Assembly (NCBI GenBank): GCA_918797485.1
Contig: CAKKNE010000004.1
Span: forward strand, 1,984,001-2,048,000
Source of the DNA: Pelagomonas calceolata
Lineage: Eukaryota
Direction: 5' to 3'
Length of the DNA: 64,000 nucleotides
Below the pieces are notes generated by a model that ran no database searches, had not been told where the DNA came from, and saw only the letters and a list, made by a program, of their open reading frames with translations. Within the stretch, counting starts at the first letter, position 1. Each line of letters opens with the position of its first letter. Below are positions 63,356-64,000 of the stretch, piece by piece. A program made the position numbers and the translations under genes.

Positions 63356-64000
63356 ATGATTTTCAAATTACTGGTCGGCGCAGCCGCCGCCAGGCAGTTC
63401 AGTCCGCCCCTGACGCGCCGCGACCCGGGCACAACTGCCAAGCCACCGACCGTCGAGCGCCGCGAACCGACGGAGCTCTGTCCGGCCGCCACGCAGCTCG
63501 AGCGGACGCGGCGCTGGCGCGGCGGCGGCGAGAACCTCTGGCAGAGCTACTCGCGGACCCTTGAAACCAAGCCGGTCATTGGCAACATGGTGACGGGCGG
63601 CCTGCTGGCCTTCACGGGCGACTTCGTCATGCAAGCCGCCGAGAAGAACCCCGCCTACGACCACCTGCGGGCGTTACGATTTGTGGGGTTCAGAATATGC
63701 GTCGTACGTTGTTATACGGTCTGGGTTCGCGAGCTCGAGAATTGGGTGAATCAACACGTCGACGGCGACCGGCGGCGCCTGCTGACGAAGACGTTCCTGG
63801 ACCTGGCCATTTGGCTGCCGGCGAAGGACTTCGTGTATTTCGTGTGGATGGCGCTGCTGGAGGGATTAGGTTTGACCGAGGGCATACAACGGAGCCTTAC
63901 GATGCTTCCAAGGACGTGCCCCGTCTCGTGGCTCGTCTGGGCCCCGGCGCAGCTGCTCACGTTCGGAGCCGTGCCGCCGCACCTGCGCGTCGTCTGGGTC
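63356..64000 (+). CDS. Mpv17/PMP22 family protein (runs off window)
   Basis: Manual translation: WQSYSRTLETKPV...TGDFVMQ...YDHLRALRF...KTFLD...VWAPAQLLTFGAVPPHLRV. Confidence 0.85.
   Translation, partial: MIFKLLVGAAAARQFSPPLTRRDPGTTAKPPTVERREPTELCPAATQLERTRRWRGGGENLWQSYSRTLETKPVIGNMVTGGLLAFTGDFVMQAAEKNPAYDHLRALRFVGFRICVVRCYTVWVRELENWVNQHVDGDRRRLLTKTFLDLAIWLPAKDFVYFVWMALLEGLGLTEGIQRSLTMLPRTCPVSWLVWAPAQLLTFGAVPPHLRVVWV

Overview
GC-rich, very gene-dense eukaryotic nuclear DNA. It most likely comes from a pelagophyte alga (Pelagomonas/Aureococcus type). That assignment is inferred from stramenopile-type bipartite plastid leaders, sparse introns, GC-AG donors, CGCGTCGATGGCGT-type intron repeats and an introner-like element. 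About 43 protein genes are present, mostly alternating head-to-head and tail-to-tail. They include PGAM5, GT2/GT8 glycosyltransferases, ECI, an M16 peptidase, ABC1 kinase, CSN4, a proline-racemase-family gene, ATP sulfurylase, an RlmN-like methyltransferase, an MFS sugar transporter, RRP9, Rab2, an ATAD3-like ATPase, MPP10, a ferric reductase, a CNG/EAG K+ channel, TBCB, an RPAP3-like protein and Mpv17. No rRNA, tRNA or CRISPR was seen. Main observations: (1) a bipartite CTAG-N(11-15)-CTAG element (consensus about GCTTGCTAGTGTCTTACRNCGCTAGC) occurs 17 times, always in upstream intergenic DNA and usually once per divergent promoter. (2) A complete introner transposon (16-bp TIR, 8-bp TSD) forms an in-frame intron. 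(3) An ATAD3-like ATPase carries a signal peptide and a peptidase-S74/ICA-like domain. (4) A protein combines a Stc1-like zinc finger with a dsRBD. (5) Three genes are frameshifted, either by assembly error or pseudogenisation.
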